Positions 63,851 to 64,000 of a stretch of DNA of 64,000 nt are shown in pieces (position 1 is the first letter of the stretch; the number at the start of each line of letters is the position of its first letter). The translations under genes were made by a program, and so were the position numbers. Origin of the DNA: Haliotis rufescens (lineage: Eukaryota); the NCBI RefSeq assembly GCF_023055435.1, contig NW_025964361.1, positions 3,968,001 through 4,032,000 of the forward strand, written 5' to 3'. Under the pieces are notes generated by a model. The model did not search any database. It worked only from the letters and a program-made list of their open reading frames with translations, and was not told where the DNA came from.

Positions 63851-64000
63851 TCGAGATAATACAATATTGTAATAGGTATTGATGATTTCACGTTTACCGT
63901 AGGTATGAAATTGAATTACAAAGACCGACAACATTAAAGTGGTATATTGGATGTTGTTCGTTGTTTTATTAACGCAGAACTCTTCAATATTCCAGCTATA

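Overview
AT-rich animal genomic DNA. Spliceosomal introns, tRNA-derived SINEs, LINEs and microsatellites are present, and the SINE families suggest a mollusc, probably a gastropod (inference). The main content is a cluster of eight paralogous genes, seven intact and one pseudogene, here called A-H. They encode small secreted Gly/His-rich, often Tyr/Asn-rich, low-complexity proteins. All intact copies share one architecture that the ORF track misses: TATA-like box, a first exon with only 6 coding nt (ATG AAG|GT, ATG ACG in B), a phase-0 intron, one large exon carrying the rest of the signal peptide plus GHGxx / GYGYNPYNNYGYG blocks, and AATAAA. Orientation is A- B- C- D+ ... E- F+ G(psi)- H+, i.e. 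three head-to-head pairs. The GHGxx repeats recall squid-beak histidine-rich coacervating proteins, so this is a candidate undescribed structural-biomaterial gene family. Transposon landscape: a 7.8-kb foldback-like element with ~2-kb inverted arms and a 4-bp TSD (623-8457); a 14.2-kb CACTG-ended element with perfect 59-bp TIRs and a TTA TSD (29419-43572) that splits an old L1/Tx1 at its RT catalytic motif, spans the assembly gap and carries a nested young LINE; several SINE families and simple repeats.
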